Below are positions 36,660 through 50,357 of a stretch of 64,000 nucleotides of DNA, in pieces (position 1 is the stretch's first letter; each line of letters begins with the position of its first letter). The notes beneath the pieces were generated by a model, which was given only the letters and a program-made list of their open reading frames with translations, did no database searches and was not told where the DNA came from. The stretch covers positions 240,252,001-240,316,000 of the forward strand of contig NC_086097.1 of the NCBI RefSeq assembly GCF_963921235.1, given 5' to 3'. Made by a program: the position numbers and the translations under genes. The stretch is from Mobula hypostoma (taxonomy: Eukaryota).

Positions 36660-37830
36660 AAATGGACCTGGGACACAATACCTCCCTTTACAATGACATC
36701 CTGATCAACAGACCACAACCTGTAATGATAGGCAGCAACACCTCCGCCATGATAATCCACAACACTTGTGCGCCACAGGGCTGCATCTTCAGCCCGCTAA
36801 CTCTACTCCCAGTGCACCCAGGTCTGCGTGGACAGATTCTGCTCTAATTCCCTCAACAACTCCACTGCCGATACCACCATAATGGACTGTATCACAAAGT
36901 AGTGATGAAGGAGGTAGAGAGTGTAGAAACATGGTACCATGACCACGACCTTTCCCTCAATATCAACAAAAGAGCTAGTTATTGATTTCAGGAAAGCAAG
37001 TTGGGGGGGTGGGGGGGGGAGTCAGTTATGCCCCTAATCACATGAACAGTGGTGAGGTTGAGGTGGTTGAGACTTTCAGGCTTCTAGCTGTGAACATCAC
37101 CAGCACCCTGCCCCGGTCCGTAGGCTGGAAAGGTCACCAGCACCACTATATCCGAAGGATGCTAAAGAAATTTGGCACGCACCCTTTGACCAACAGAATT
37201 TTTTTATTAATACACTTTTAAGATGGCAAATGGTGCAAGTAAAAAAATAATACTGAGAACATGATTTATAGAGTCCTTGGAAGTGAGTCTGTAGCTTGTG
37301 GTATCAAAAAGCATCCATTTCTGATGCATCATGGATTAATATGGCAACAACTCAGCATGTAACCACAAAAAAACTTCAGAGACTTAGCTTTGTACACCAG
37401 GGAAACCAATGCCTCCTTTATGGTCTCTAGCTACACTTCTAAATCCATTTTTTTCCAGTTTTATTGGTCGTCTGTTTATCAAAGCCATGGAAAAAAAATC
37501 AATAGCAGTGCTGATGTGGTAAACCAACATGAACAAACAGAGCACAAAGTTTAAAGTAGAAGAGAGCAGATCATGCCCCCTTCTCATTACTACCATCAGG
37601 AAGGAGGTACAGATGCTTTAGGAACTAAACCACCAGATTCAGGAACATTTATTACCCTACAAACATCAGGCTCCTGATCCAGCATGGAGAACTTCAATCA
37701 CCAATGCTCTGAACTGATCCCACAACCTACAGACTCACGTTCAAGGATTCTACAACTCATGTTCTCATTATCGTTTTTCCTTTGCATAATCTGTCTTCAT
37801 TTGCACATTGGTTGTTCATCTGTCTTTGCT
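36660..37830 (+). mobile_element. Degenerate Rex1/Babar fragments
   Basis: NTCAPQGCIFSP; ctaccatcaggaaggaggtacag...ttcaggaac. Confidence 0.7.
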
Positions 37831-37859
37831 TATAGATCCCCACTAAGCGATCCCCACTC

Positions 37860-38456
37860 TGCTCCGCCAAAACAGATAGGATCTCCCAGTAACCACCCAC
37901 TTCAACTCTGCTTCCCACTCCCATTCAGATATGTCCATACATGGCTTCCTCTACTGCCATGATGAGGCTAAACTCAGGTTGGAGGAGCAACACCTCATAT
38001 ACCATCTGGGTAGTCTCCAACCCCTTGGTATGAACATAGAATTCTCCAACTTCCGGTAATTCCCTCCCCCTCCCTTCCCCTGTCCCTATGTCACTCTGCC
38101 CCCTCCCCCAGCTGCCTATCACCTCCCTCAAGGTTCCGCCTCCTTCTACTACCCATTGTGTTTTCCCCTATTCTTTCTTCACCTTTCCTGCCTATCACCT
38201 CTCTGATTCCCTTCCCCTACCCCTTTATCTTTCCCCTTACTGGTTTTTCACCTGGACCCTACCAGCCTTCTCCTTCCCACCCTCCCCCCCACCTTCTTCA
38301 TAGGGCCTCTGCCCCTTCCCCCTACAGTCCTGACGAAGGGTTCTGGTCCGAAACATTGACTGATCATTTCCACGGATGCTGCCGGACCTGCTGAGTTCCT
38401 CCAGTGTGTTGTGAGTGTTGCTTTGACCCCAGCATCTGCAGATTATTTTGTGTTTA
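37860..38456 (+). mobile_element. Penelope-like 3' fragment (second subfamily) with hammerhead motif at 38325-38362
   Basis: GIY-YIG C-terminus (THFNSASHSHSDMSIHG...LRLEEQHLIYHLGSLQPLGMNIEF); CAGTC-CTGACGA-..-GAAA-CA-TT/GACTG. Confidence 0.85.
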
Positions 38457-38557
38457 CTAAAGTAGTATATGTTCTTTGACAATAAATTTTAATTTGACTT
38501 TGACTTTCAATTGATGAATGGGCAGATTTTCTATCACCAGCTGACATTGTTCTCAAA

Positions 38558-38895
38558 GAGGACCACATCCTTGTCATGGTTTGGAGGCTTGCATGCCTCT
38601 ATGACCCAGAGATCTATGTCAGCTGGCGTTATGGCTTTAACATTTGGCCCTTGGTAGGGTCACCCATGCCATACAGGTCAAAGGGTGGAGGCCAGACTAA
38701 GAGTGGTCCCCCAATCCTCTCGGTTTGGGGGTTCAGCTCAGGGCTAACCGCCCTGACTGGTAAAACAAAACTGTTATGGAAACAGCAATGAAGAATCCTT
38801 CTACATTTGAGTGGCCAAGCACAGACAGAGATGGAGGAACTTCATTGCTGCCCTAAATGCCAGCAGCATTATGGGCAATAGTAAGAAGAAGAAGT
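38558..38895 (+). mobile_element. Bipartite RTE-type non-autonomous element (5' UTR joined to 3' end)
   Basis: RTE-like head ccttgtcatgg...ggcttgcatgcctc.atgac...ggtagggtcacccatgcc; 3' end AQTEMEELHC/RWRNFIAAL-type region; (AAG)n tail. Confidence 0.55.
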
Positions 38896-39580
38896 GACAT
38901 GGTGTTTAATTCCAATGCCACACTGATATTCTTAGTGAGAATGAATACTGAGCCAGCATCCAGCAAAGCCGTGCAGATTTTCACAGCTAGACAGTGTGAA
39001 CCATTCTACAGACTAATTAAAATCTTTATGGGAAGTATCAAATATAAAGCTTGTTTAATCCTTTGAATTGGACCTAACTCCTCCTTCTTTAGCTTAGAGG
39101 CCTCCAGACATTTTCCTTTCAATGTGATGAGTATTTGGATCTCAACATATGATTATCTGATTCATGTCTGGAATTCTTTCCTATAAACAAAAGAAGAAGC
39201 CAGTTTAAATAAATGGACATACCATCACCAGAAAAAGCAGAGGGAATGATATAAAGCAAGTACATTAAGCTTTTATGTATGCAGAGTGGATATATATTGG
39301 CTGTCTTATAGTATTATGCCACTTGAATGTATATATTCAATGTTTTCTGTACATTATTCAAACACTTATAATAAGAAACACATTATTGTTTGTTCTGACC
39401 ATGGGCACACTTAGATTAGATTAGATTATGAGAACACTCAGTCCTCTTTTATTGTCATTTAGAAATGTATACATGCATTAAGAAATGATACAATGATACA
39501 ATACACTTGGAGCTGGGACACAACACTACCCTTTGCAATGGGGTCCTTTGTATAGTCAAACCATTGAGCTCAAGGAGATA

Positions 39581-39769
39581 CACTCAGCGGCCACTTTATT
39601 GGTTATACCTAGTCATAAATGTAACTGTCTAAACAGCAAATCATGTGACAGCAACTTAAGTAACAACAACACGTTGCAACAGTGGTGTGCAGAAGATCAT
39701 TTCTGAATACACAACTTGAACCTTGAAGTGTATGGCCTTCAGTAGCAGACCATAAACCCACACTCAGTG
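39581..39769 (+). mobile_element. Internally deleted Tc1-like derivative
   Basis: TA|CACTCAGCGGCCACTTTATT TIR-like start; transposase-like remnant NSGVQKIISEYTT*TLK; ends CAGTG|TA. Confidence 0.55.
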
Positions 39770-40879
39770 TAAATCAAGTACTTTAAACAATCATATATGC
39801 AGAGTTGATTTGCATGATCAAAATTTTGAGCTCCTCAAGATAAAATCTAAAGAATCTCCTTCTTGAATTGTAGTTGTCATTAAGAATGTAGAATTTGCTT
39901 TTAAAAATATAATTCAATGTGTTGCTATAATTGTAATGAGCAAGAAACTGATCTTTAATTCAATAAAAATAGAAAATGAGTGAAAAATGAGAAAACTGAA
40001 TGCAATTCTGTTTGCAAGGTATTTTTGAAACTAATATGTAGTTTGTGTCAAAATGTCTGCCAAAAATTAAATTTAATAATGAAATATTTCAAAGTGTTTA
40101 AATAGATGCAAAATAACGATTATATTAAAATAAAGTGCCCCTTTAAAATTATATAACAGAATACCTTATTTTGATTAACTTCTATGATATTACGCAAAAT
40201 CTTGATTTCAGCAATGACAAAGGCAATGTTTTACCCAACTTGCCTATAGTTCTTCATCACAGCTGATGTGTAAGATAAAATATTATTGCCTGTGTGCATT
40301 CAATCAACGTAAATCATAGCATTTTCTTTTAGATTTCCAATAAAAAATGAGTAAAATAAAATATGGAACAAGATGCTTAGTATCTATAACATTAAATTTT
40401 AATACTCTATGGTTTGTGGATTTCCATGAGGATTCCTGTCTATCTTTTATTTTGACTCAAGAACCATACCTTATCCATTTTTTTGGCATGCAAGTTTATG
40501 TGAACATTTTCTCAAGAACTATTTTAGATTGGTTTCCAAAAATTCAAGAAAAGACACTTTCATTTTAAAGGATAAAATTTATGCTTATGTCTTTCCAAAT
40601 TTGCACATCTAATGAACTGTCTGAAGATTATACTGAATTAAAAAAACATACATCAAGAAAGTATATTTCATAAAATCTGGTGAAAAATTGCTTCTGACTT
40701 TGTCGTCAAGAAAAATGTATTTGTGCAAAGTGTATAATCACCCATTTCTTTTCCATCTTCTAACAATTCTATTTGTGTGATTAATTTACTTTAGTTTTCT
40801 CTAATACAATTTGATATTTAAATTGGGTCAACTCCAATTGAATGGAAAATGGCTGGTATGCATAATTAACTGGTGATTA

Positions 40880-41310
40880 GATATTTATTTAGGTATTTTA
40901 TTTATTTACAGATGGAGCATGGTAACATGCACTTCTGGTCCAAATAGCCCACACCACCCAATTACACCCATGTTCAAAGTTTGATATGATGTGATCAAGT
41001 AAATTACTAACCCATAAGTCTTTGGTATGTGGGAAGAAACTAGAACACCCAGAGGAAATACACTTGGTCAAGATTGGATAGATTTTTGCATGGTAGTTGA
41101 ATTAAGGGTTATGGGAAAAGGCAGGTAGGTGGAGATGAGTCCATGACCAGATCAGCCATGATCTTATTGAATGATGGAGCAGGGTTGACAGACCAGATGG
41201 CCTATTCCTGCTCCTATTTCTTATTTCCTATAATCATGGGGAGAACGTGCAAACTTCTTTCAAATGGCAAAGGAATTGAACTCCAGTTGCTGACATTTAA
41301 ATAGCACTAA
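40880..41310 (-). mobile_element. V-SINE interrupted by a plus-strand CR1 3' tail (~41070-41230)
   Basis: gtgggaagaaactagaacacccagagg|...|atggggagaacgtgcaaact. Confidence 0.7.
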
Positions 41311-42649
41311 AGCTGAGACTGTGGCCTGCTCTGGGCTCTATGTCTATGAATTAACTTTTGTTCTGAACTTTATTTGCTTTTATGGTGCTGCCTGGCCTGC
41401 TGTGTTCCCCAGCAACTTTGATGTGTGTTGTTTACTTTTATTGTTTGCATGATTTATTTTTTTCTGTCACTGCACAATTGGTGTTTGGCAGTCTTTTTTA
41501 ATGGGTTGTTTTGGATTTCCTTGTTTTGTGGCTGCCTGTATGAAGAAGAATCTCAAGATTGTATAATATACACACAGATTAATAATAAATGTACTTTGAA
41601 CACTAACCGCTAAGCTACTGCTAATGGTTTTGCTAAATCTTACTGGAATTTAACTTCACATTCTGAGTGATAATCTCATGGAGTGGATTTCTCATTCTAG
41701 AACCTACCCAATCTGGTCACAGAAGGAAGAATCAGGCAAGTTCTCTGATAGGTAATTGACCTGATATCAATGAAAACTTGTCCGACATGTGCAGGAACAA
41801 TAAAATCAGCAAATACTTTCCAAGATTTCCAACGTGTACATTTGCATTTGTTGGGAAAACATGGAGTTCCAAACAAATACATAAGGAACGATGTATATTG
41901 CAGGACTGAACGACAATAAACTTAAACTTGAGTGTTGCATTACTTTTGGGAATCCATTCCAATTGGAATCTCACAATTATAGAAAGCTTGCACATGGATT
42001 AACATGGATGTTATTCCAGATAAGAAATTATATTTCTCACAAAATATTTGTGCAAATTCAGTAACAATGGAGCTTAAGTTCACTGCAGGAAGCATAACTG
42101 AGATTGGTCAAAAACGATTTGAATGCATAGTTATTAAAACACCACAAATAACTATGAGATGTATGTTGTATGCGAGCCAACATTCAAATAGTTTACAGGT
42201 AAATATTATTTGAGTCTCTGGACAGAGAAAATAATCATAGCAATCTATAGATTAGAGGAATAGTTCTAACTGATCTAAACTCAGTTTGAACACCGTGAAC
42301 AAAACTGTTTCATTGGATGCAGTGATAATTATGATCACCTGCTTCTCACATATGAGGTTACATCAGGGATATTCTAGGCAAAAAGAGAAGCCAGATAATG
42401 TTATGTCACTAGATGTTTTCTGACTCATTTGTACATCAAATTGCCATATCATAGATTGCTGTTTTACTTGAAAAATTCAGCACTGTTATACATGAAACTT
42501 AATTTATAAATTTGGGTGAGTATCATAACTTAGGAGACACTGGAGGTGAGCTGGATTGTGGCAAAAAGCAAAGACTGGGAACTACATTTCGCCTCATCAT
42601 TAGTGTCACTTCACGGAAACCCTGAAGTCTCAGCCATATGACAAAGGTC

Positions 42650-43610
42650 CAATGAATGTTTTGGCCAAATTGTTCCTTGGCAATTTTGTCTGTATTTGGA
42701 TTGCTTCTTTTTACATTATATGTCAACGACTAGGATGATGGAATTGATGGCTTCATGGTCAAGTTTTCAGATGATACAAGGATTGGCACAGGGGCAAGCA
42801 GTTTTGAGGAAGTAGAAAGGCTGCAGAAGGACTTATACAGATTAGAAGAAGTGGCAAATGGAATACAGTGTTGGGAAGTGTATGGTCATACACTTTAGTA
42901 GAAGAAATAAATACATAGACTATATTTTAAATAGGTAGAAAATTCAAAAATCAAAGACGCAAAGGGAACTTGGGAGTCCTTGTGTGGCATTCCCTAAAAA
43001 TTAACTTGCAGGTTGAGTTGGTGTTAAGGAAGGCAAATGCAATGCAAGGATGTAATTCTGAGGCTTTATAAACATTGATCAGACCACACAGAATATTGTG
43101 AAAAGTTTTGGACATCTTATTTAAGAAAAGATATGCTGGCATTGGAGAATGACCAGAGGAGGTTCAGGAAAATGATTCCAGGTATAAAAGGGAGCTTAGA
43201 AGAATGATGGGTATCTCATTGAAACTATCAAATATTGAAAGGCATGGTAGAGTGGATGTGGATGTGGAGAGAACATTTCCATTATTGGGAGAGTCTCGAA
43301 CCACAGGACACAGCCTCAGAATCGAGGCTGTCCTCTTAGAATGCAGATGAGGAGGAATTTCTTTTGCCAGAGGGTACTGAATCTAAGGAATTCATTGCAA
43401 CAGGTGGCTGTGGAGGCCAAGCCATTGGGTATAAATCAGGCAGAGAATGATAGATTCTTGACTGGTCAGGGCCTGAAGGGATATGGGGAGAAGGCAGGAG
43501 ATTGGAGCTGAGAGGAAAAACCGAATCAGCCATGATGAAATGGCAGAACAGACTCAGTGGGTCAAATGGCCGAATTCTGCTCCTCTATTTTGTGATCTTA
43601 TGGACTTATG
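42650..43610 (+). mobile_element. Degenerate CR1 RT-3' fragment
   Basis: aagttttcagatgatacaaggattggc (KFSDDTRIG); CR1 tail ggccgaattctgctcct. Confidence 0.85.
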
Positions 43611-43789
43611 AGAAAATCCTGAATTTAAATAGAACTCTTGGGTTGATTTTCAATGAGCTATTTAACTCCAATCAGGATGTATTACAAATCAGCCACCATG
43701 GTGCAACAACAATGCATCTGATACTAGATTAGAAAGCTGTGTGTTCAAATCACATTGGGTTGGGTTGTGTTCACAGACAATACATTTTG

Positions 43790-43950
43790 AGGATGGTGTA
43801 AAGCTAGTACAGTGCCAGCGACCCAGATTCACTTCCCAGTACTCTCTGTAAGGAGTTCGTAAATTACAACCATGTGGGTTTCCTCTGACTGCTCCAATTT
43901 CCTCCCACATTCCAAAGATGTAATGGTTAGAAGGTTGATTGGTCACATGA
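43790..43950 (+). mobile_element. V-SINE fragment
   Basis: tgtgggtttcctctgactgctccaatttcctcccacattccaaaga. Confidence 0.7.
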
Positions 43951-44061
43951 GAAAACTAAGCAAAGATAATTCATGGTCAGGGAAACAAGAGAAAATCTGC
44001 TGATGCTGGGAATCTGAACACACCCAAAATGCTGAAGGAACTCAGCAAGCCAGGCAGCACT

Positions 44062-46034
44062 GACTTACGAAGACTTACTGTACATTCCTGAACCAACAGC
44101 TATGGATGAAGTATGTCATCTGCTGAAGTCTAGATCTGTGGCATTCAAGTCAAGTGACCCATGCCTGTACCAGAAAACTAGGTATGAATTGCAGAGGGCT
44201 ATTTCAAGGGCGAAGGGACAGTTTCAAACAAGGTTGGAGGCAACATCAGATGCATGGCAACTCTGGTGGGGTTTGCAAGACATTGCTTCCTACAAAGTGA
44301 AACCCAATAGCCCAAATGGCAGTGATTAATCAGTACCAAATGAACTCAAAACCTTCTATGCACGCTTTGAAAGGGAGAACACAACTACAGCTGTGAAGAT
44401 CACTGCTGCACCTGTTAACCCTGTGATCGCCATCTCAGAGGCCGATGTTAGGCTGTCTTTAAAGAGGGTGAACCCTCGCAAGGCAGAAGGTCCCGTTGGA
44501 GTACCTGGTAAGACTCTGAAAACCTGTGCCAACCAACTAGCGGGAGTATTCAAGGACATTTTCAACCCCTCATTGCTACGGGCAGAAGGTCCCACTTGCT
44601 TCAAAAAGGCGACAATTATACCAGTGCTTAAGAAGAATAATGTGAACTGCCGTAATGACTACCGCCCGGTGCACTCACATCAACAGTGATGAAATGCTTT
44701 GAGAGGTTGGTCATGACTAGACTGAGCTCCTGCCTCAGCAAGGACCTGGACCCATTGCAATTTGCCTGTCACCACAATAGATCAACAGCAGACACAATCT
44801 CAATGGCTCTCCACATGGCTTTAGACCACCTGGACAACACAAGCACCCACATCAGGATGCTGTTCATTGACTATAGCACAGCATTTAATACCATCATTCC
44901 CACAATCCTGATTGAGAAGTTGCAGAACCTGGGCCTCTGTACCTCCTTCTGCAACTGGATCCTTGACTTCCTAACCGGAAGACTACAATCTGTGCTGATT
45001 GGTGATAATATATCCTCCTCGCTGACGATTAACAGTGGCGCACCTCAGGGGTGTGTGCTTAGCCCACTGCTCTACTCTCTATATACCCATAACTGTGTGG
45101 TTAGGCATAGCTCAAATACAATATATAAATTTGCCGATGATATAACCATTGTTTGGATGATATAACTGTTGTTTGTAGAATCTCAGGTGGTGACGAGAGG
45201 GCGTACAAGAGTGAGATATGCAAACTAGTGGAGTGGTGTCACAGAAACAACCTGGCACTCAACATCAGTAAGACGAAAGAGCTGATTGTGGACTTCAGGA
45301 AGGGAAAGACGAAGGAACACATACCAATCCTCATAGAGGGATCAGAAGTGGAGAGAGTGAGCAATTTCAAGTTCCTGGGTGTCAAGATCTCTGAGGATCT
45401 AACCTGCTCCCAACATATCATTGTAGGTATAAAAAAGGCAATGCAGCAGCTCTACTTCATGAGGAGTTTGAAGAGATTTGGCATGTCAACAAATACATTC
45501 ATAAACTTCTATAGATGTACTGTGGAGAGCATTCTGACAGGCTGCATCACTGTCTGGTACAGAGGGGCTACTGCACAGGACAGAAAGAAGCTGCAGAGGG
45601 TTGGAAATCTAGTCAGCTCCATCTTGGGTACTAGCCTACAAAATACCCAGGACATCTTCAGGGAGCGGTGTCCTAAAAAGGCATCGTACATTATTAAGGA
45701 CCCCCAACACCCAGGGCATATCTTTTCTCACTGCTACAATCAGGTAGGAGGTACAGAAGCCTGAAAGCACACACTCAGCGATTCAGGAACAGCTTCTTCC
45801 CCTCTGCCATCTGATTCCCAAATGGACATTGAACCCTTGGACACTACCTCACTTTTTTAAATGTACATTATTTCTGTTTTTGCATGTTTTTTAATCTATT
45901 CAATATACGTCTACTGTAATTGATTTACTTATTTTTTTCTCTCTTCTATATTATGTATTGCCTTGAACTGCTGCTGCTAAGTTAACAAATTTCACATCAC
46001 ATGCCAGTGATAATAAACCTGATTCTGATTCTGA
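44062..46034 (+). mobile_element. Rex1/Babar LINE, 2-kb 5'-truncated copy (RT pseudogene)
   Basis: [63 protein letters not shown]; tail gataataaacctgattctgattctg. Confidence 0.95.
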
Positions 46035-46222
46035 AAGGAAGGATTTCCAAAGATGGGCTACACCTGGGCACAATTTGAAAGACAGAGGACTCCTGTGAGC
46101 TGCTGCCAGTCATGGGCTTAAGTAAGTAGGTCAAATTGACTTAAATTTTCCAAGTGACTTCTGACTAGTGGAGAGATGTATGATGGCATAAAGGATCAAG
46201 GATCAAATTTATTTGCCATATA

Positions 46223-47005
46223 GAAACATAGAAACATAGAAAATAGGTGCAGGAGTAGGCCATTCGGCCCTTCGAGCCTGCACCGCCATTTATTATGATC
46301 ATGGCTGATCATCCAACTCAGAACCCAGCCTTCCCTCCATACCCCCTGACCCCTGTAGCCACAAGGGCCATATCTAACTTCCTTTTAAACATAGCCAATG
46401 AACTGGCCTCAACAGTTTGCTGTGGCAGAGAATTCCACAGATTCACCACTCTCTGTGTGAAGAAGTTTTTCCTAATCTCGGTCCTAAAAGGCTTCCCCTC
46501 TATCCTCAAACTGTGACCCCTCGTTCTGGACCTCCCCAACATCGGGAACAATCTTCCCGCATCCAGCCTGTCCAATCCCTTTAGGATCTTATACGTTTCA
46601 ATCAGATCCCCCCTCAATCTTCTAAATTCCAATGAGTACAAGCCCAGTTCATCCAGTCTTTCTTCATATGAAAGACCTGCCATCCCAGGAATCAATCTGG
46701 TGAACCTTCTTTGTACTCCCTCTATGGCAAAGATGTCTTTCCTCAGATTAGGGGACCAAAACTGCACACAATACTCCAGGTGTGGTCTCACCAAGGCCTT
46801 GTACAACTGCAGTAGTACCTCCCTGCTCCTGTACTCGAATCCTCTCGCTATAAATGCCAGCATACCGTTCGCCTTTTTCACCGCCTGCTGTACCTGCATG
46901 CCCACTTTCAATGACTGGTGTATAATGACACCCAGGTCTCGTTGCACCTCCCCTTTTCCTAATCGGCCACCATTCAGATAATAATCTGTTTTCCTATTTT
47001 TGCCA
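46223..47005 (-). mobile_element. Young CR1 3' fragment, same subfamily as 2251-5617
   Basis: Open 209-aa ORF 46318-46947; (ATAGAAAC)n tail; flanking CCATATA at 46216-46222 and 47006-47012. Confidence 0.95.
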
Positions 47006-47914
47006 CCATATATATTTTATATTATATATTATATATTTTACATACATTAAGAATTTGTCGTGGTGTGATGGTCAGAGTGCGAGGTTAAAGTATAGATATG
47101 GAATAAAATTTGCCTAAGTATATAAGTACCATTAAAATGTTTAAATAATATAAAATGTGGATAAATGCAGAAATACTATAAAGTGTCGTGACAATACAAA
47201 GATTTAAGAGCATTGATTTAAACATTTGTAATTGCGGGCTCCGTGATCAAAGCGAGACAGGCGGACTGAGTGGTTGGGGGGCTGCATCTTTCCATACTGC
47301 CGTGGGGCATTTGGACTGCATTGACTGAGGTGCTGTCAGGGCGTTTATCCAGCAGCCGTCTCTGTTGCTGAGCAGCCAAATTCCTCCTGACCAGCAGAAG
47401 GGGAATAAAACAAAGCATCATTGTTTTCTAAACTGTAGGAAGCCACAGTGTTAAACAGCACCAGGCAATGTCTGACATATGTGAACAGAAATGATGTTAT
47501 TCCTGGAACATCCCTGGCCCCCAATGCACACTGAGGATCAACTGATCAGCAGCAGGGACATTACCTCAGCCTTGGCCCATACCAGAAAATGTCATTTCTC
47601 ATTGTGCTAAGAACAACAGTAAAAGTAAGCAGATCCATACCAAATGCCCACTTTACTTACTAAAAAAAAGGTAAAGTGTCATCATCTATTAACTAGATTC
47701 TGAAAGCTTGCTCTCATTCCTCAATCATACTTTATTTACTTGTGCACAAGAAGAACAGCATGGCCCCGTCACCAAAGTGTCCCAAAGATAGAATAAAGAA
47801 ACACTATTTTTGTACAGAAGTTGACCAGTTGGATACAGATATTGACCAGTTGGTAACCTTGTGGATGCTCGGATTCGTTATTTTCATAATCAGTCACCAA
47901 TCACACTAATCATT

Positions 47915-48276
47915 CGTTCATTATGTGTAATGTCGTATGACTTGGGCAGTCATGGTCTTTCCATAACCATAATTGTTCTTTGCAAATTTTACCACAGAGG
48001 TGGTTCATCATTGCCTTCTCATCAGTGTTTTTACAAGACAGGTGCCCCCAGCCATAATCAATGCTCTTCAGATATTATCTGCCTGGCATCAGTGGTCACA
48101 TAACCAGGACTTGCGATATGTACCAGCTGTTAATACGACAATCCACAACCTCCTCCCATGGCTTCCCAGTTAGAGGGCTAAGCACATGCTACACCTTGCC
48201 CTAGGGTGACCTGCAGGCTAGCAGTGGGAAGGAGCCCTTGCATCTCCTTTGGTAGAGACGTATCTCCACCCCACCA
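47915..48276 (-). mobile_element. RTE-related non-autonomous element
   Basis: Same family; 5' hairpin ggtagagacgtatctccacc at 48251-48270. Confidence 0.75.
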
Positions 48277-48639
48277 GCCGACAGCGTCAGCACACCATTT
48301 TAACACTTGACTTGCTGTAAGTTCCTCATGATTATTCAAAATCTGCAAAATGGAAAGGGAGATAGCAATTTTAACTGCAACCACGAATTCAAAAGGATGT
48401 GGATCCTGCCCAATAAATTGTAAGAGCATGGCTCTAAGTCAAAGTAAAGGAAATTTTAAAAGAAAGGTAGAGGATCCAGTTGTCATGGTCCAGGTTGTGA
48501 TCAAAGGCAGGACAAAAATATTAGAAGTTAGTAAATGAATTTTAAAGAAAGGAACTTGAAGGTTATCTTAAAATTGCAATCAATCAACATAGTGATTAAC
48601 AGTTCAAAATTCAAAGTCAATTTTATAATCAAAGTGTGT

Positions 48640-48865
48640 ATATATATATATCTACCTAATCCCATTGACTTGTACCTGAACCATAGCCCTCCAAATCCAT
48701 CCATGTATCTATCCAAATTTATCTCAAGTGTTGTGATCAAACCCATATCCTTCACTTCCACTGGCAACTCATTCCACACTCTCACCATCCCCTGAGTCAA
48801 GAGGCTCCCCTGCAAAATTTCTCCTTTCACCTCTAACCCATGACCTCTAGTTCTAGTCTCACCAT
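48640..48865 (-). mobile_element. CR1 3' fragment (another subfamily)
   Basis: TQGMVRVWNELP...LDRYMD in ORF 48528-48830. Confidence 0.7.
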
Positions 48866-49494
48866 GTGGCAGAAATAATCAAAGTATTTAAGCAAATAGT
48901 TCGAAGTAGTAAATGATATAGAAAAATAACCAGACCACAAGTTACCTCCAGCTCCCTGAAAAACTAGCATAAGTGGGAATAGCAAAAAATCTCCATGGCG
49001 CCTGAGCTGATGAAGACTGCCCCGGCTGCTATGCTCTGTCCCCGCAATATGATGAACTGATTAGTGAGGCTTGGGGCCTACTCTGGGCTGCTCCGGAGTT
49101 TGGATAGTTTGGATCTGAGGACTCAGTTTTGGTTCAGAATGTTGTTGTTTCCTTCAATTGTTTGCATGATTTGTATTTTTTTCTTTCTTTTGTGCATTGG
49201 GTGTTGGTCTTTTATTTTTTTCTTTAATTGGGGTTTTTCGGCTTTCCTGCTTTGTGGCTACCCGTGAGCAAATCTCAAGGTTGTATAATTTATATACTCT
49301 TTGATAATAAATGTACTTGAATCTTCAGTCTTGAAATAGAAGATAGGGAACTGATGAAGGTTTATTTCCCTCGGGATCAATAAAGTATGACTATGACTAT
49401 GACTTTTACATCAATGATGCGCTAGTTAGACTGGAAAGGACAACAAGAAACACAGGGCCCAGCAGTGAAAAAAAGTACTAGAACATAAATAAAA

Positions 49495-50340
49495 ATGAAG
49501 ATAGGTGGAGGGGCAGGTAGTTTTGAGGAAGTAGAGGCGCTACAGAAGGACTTAGATAGATTAGGAGAATGGCAAAGAGGTGGCAGATGGAATACAGTAT
49601 TGGGAAGTGTATGGTCATGCACTTCGGTAGAAGAAATAAAAGCATAGACTATTTTCTAAACAGAGAGTAAATTTTTTTAAAAACTGAGACTTAAAGGGAC
49701 TTGGAAGTACTCCTCAAGATTCGCTTAAGGTTAATTTGTAGGTTGAGTCTGTGGTGAGGAAGGCAAGTGCAATGTTAGCATTCATTTCGAGAAGTTTAGT
49801 ATATAAAAGCAAGAACGTAATGTTAAGGCTTTATAAGGCACCAGTGAGGACTCATTTGGAGTATTGTGAGCAGTTTTTGTCCCCATTTCTGAGAAAGGAT
49901 GTGCTGGCATTGGACAAGTTTCAAAGGAGGTTCACACACAAATGATTCCGGGACTGAAAGTCTCTGGGCCAATCCTCACTAGAATTCAGAAGAATGATGG
50001 GAGATCTCATTGAAAACTATCAAATGTTGAAATACCTTAATAGAGTAGATTTGGAAAAGATGTTTCCAGTGGTCAGGGAGTCTAAGACCAGGAGGAATTT
50101 CTTTAGCCACAGAGTGGTGAATCTGTGGAATTTGTTTCCACAGGTGGCTGTGGAGGTCAATTCATTGGGTATACTTAAGGAAGACGGTGATAGATTCTTG
50201 ATTAGTCAGAGCATGAAAGGATACAGGGAGAAGGCAGGAGATTGGGGCTGACAGGTAAAATTGATCAATCATGATGAAATGGCAGAGCAAACTCAATGGG
50301 TCAAATGCCCTAATTCTGCTCCTATATCTTATGGTCTTGA
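49495..50340 (+). mobile_element. CR1 RT-3' fragment
   Basis: KASAMLAFISR, LYKAPVRTHLEYCEQF, FFSHRVVNLWN. Confidence 0.85.
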
Positions 50341-50357
50341 AAACAAAGATAGAATAT

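Noticed and set aside
41732..41995. Minus ORF with vaguely domain-like LEWIPKSNATLKFKFIVVQS
   Set aside because: No convincing family motif or splice signals
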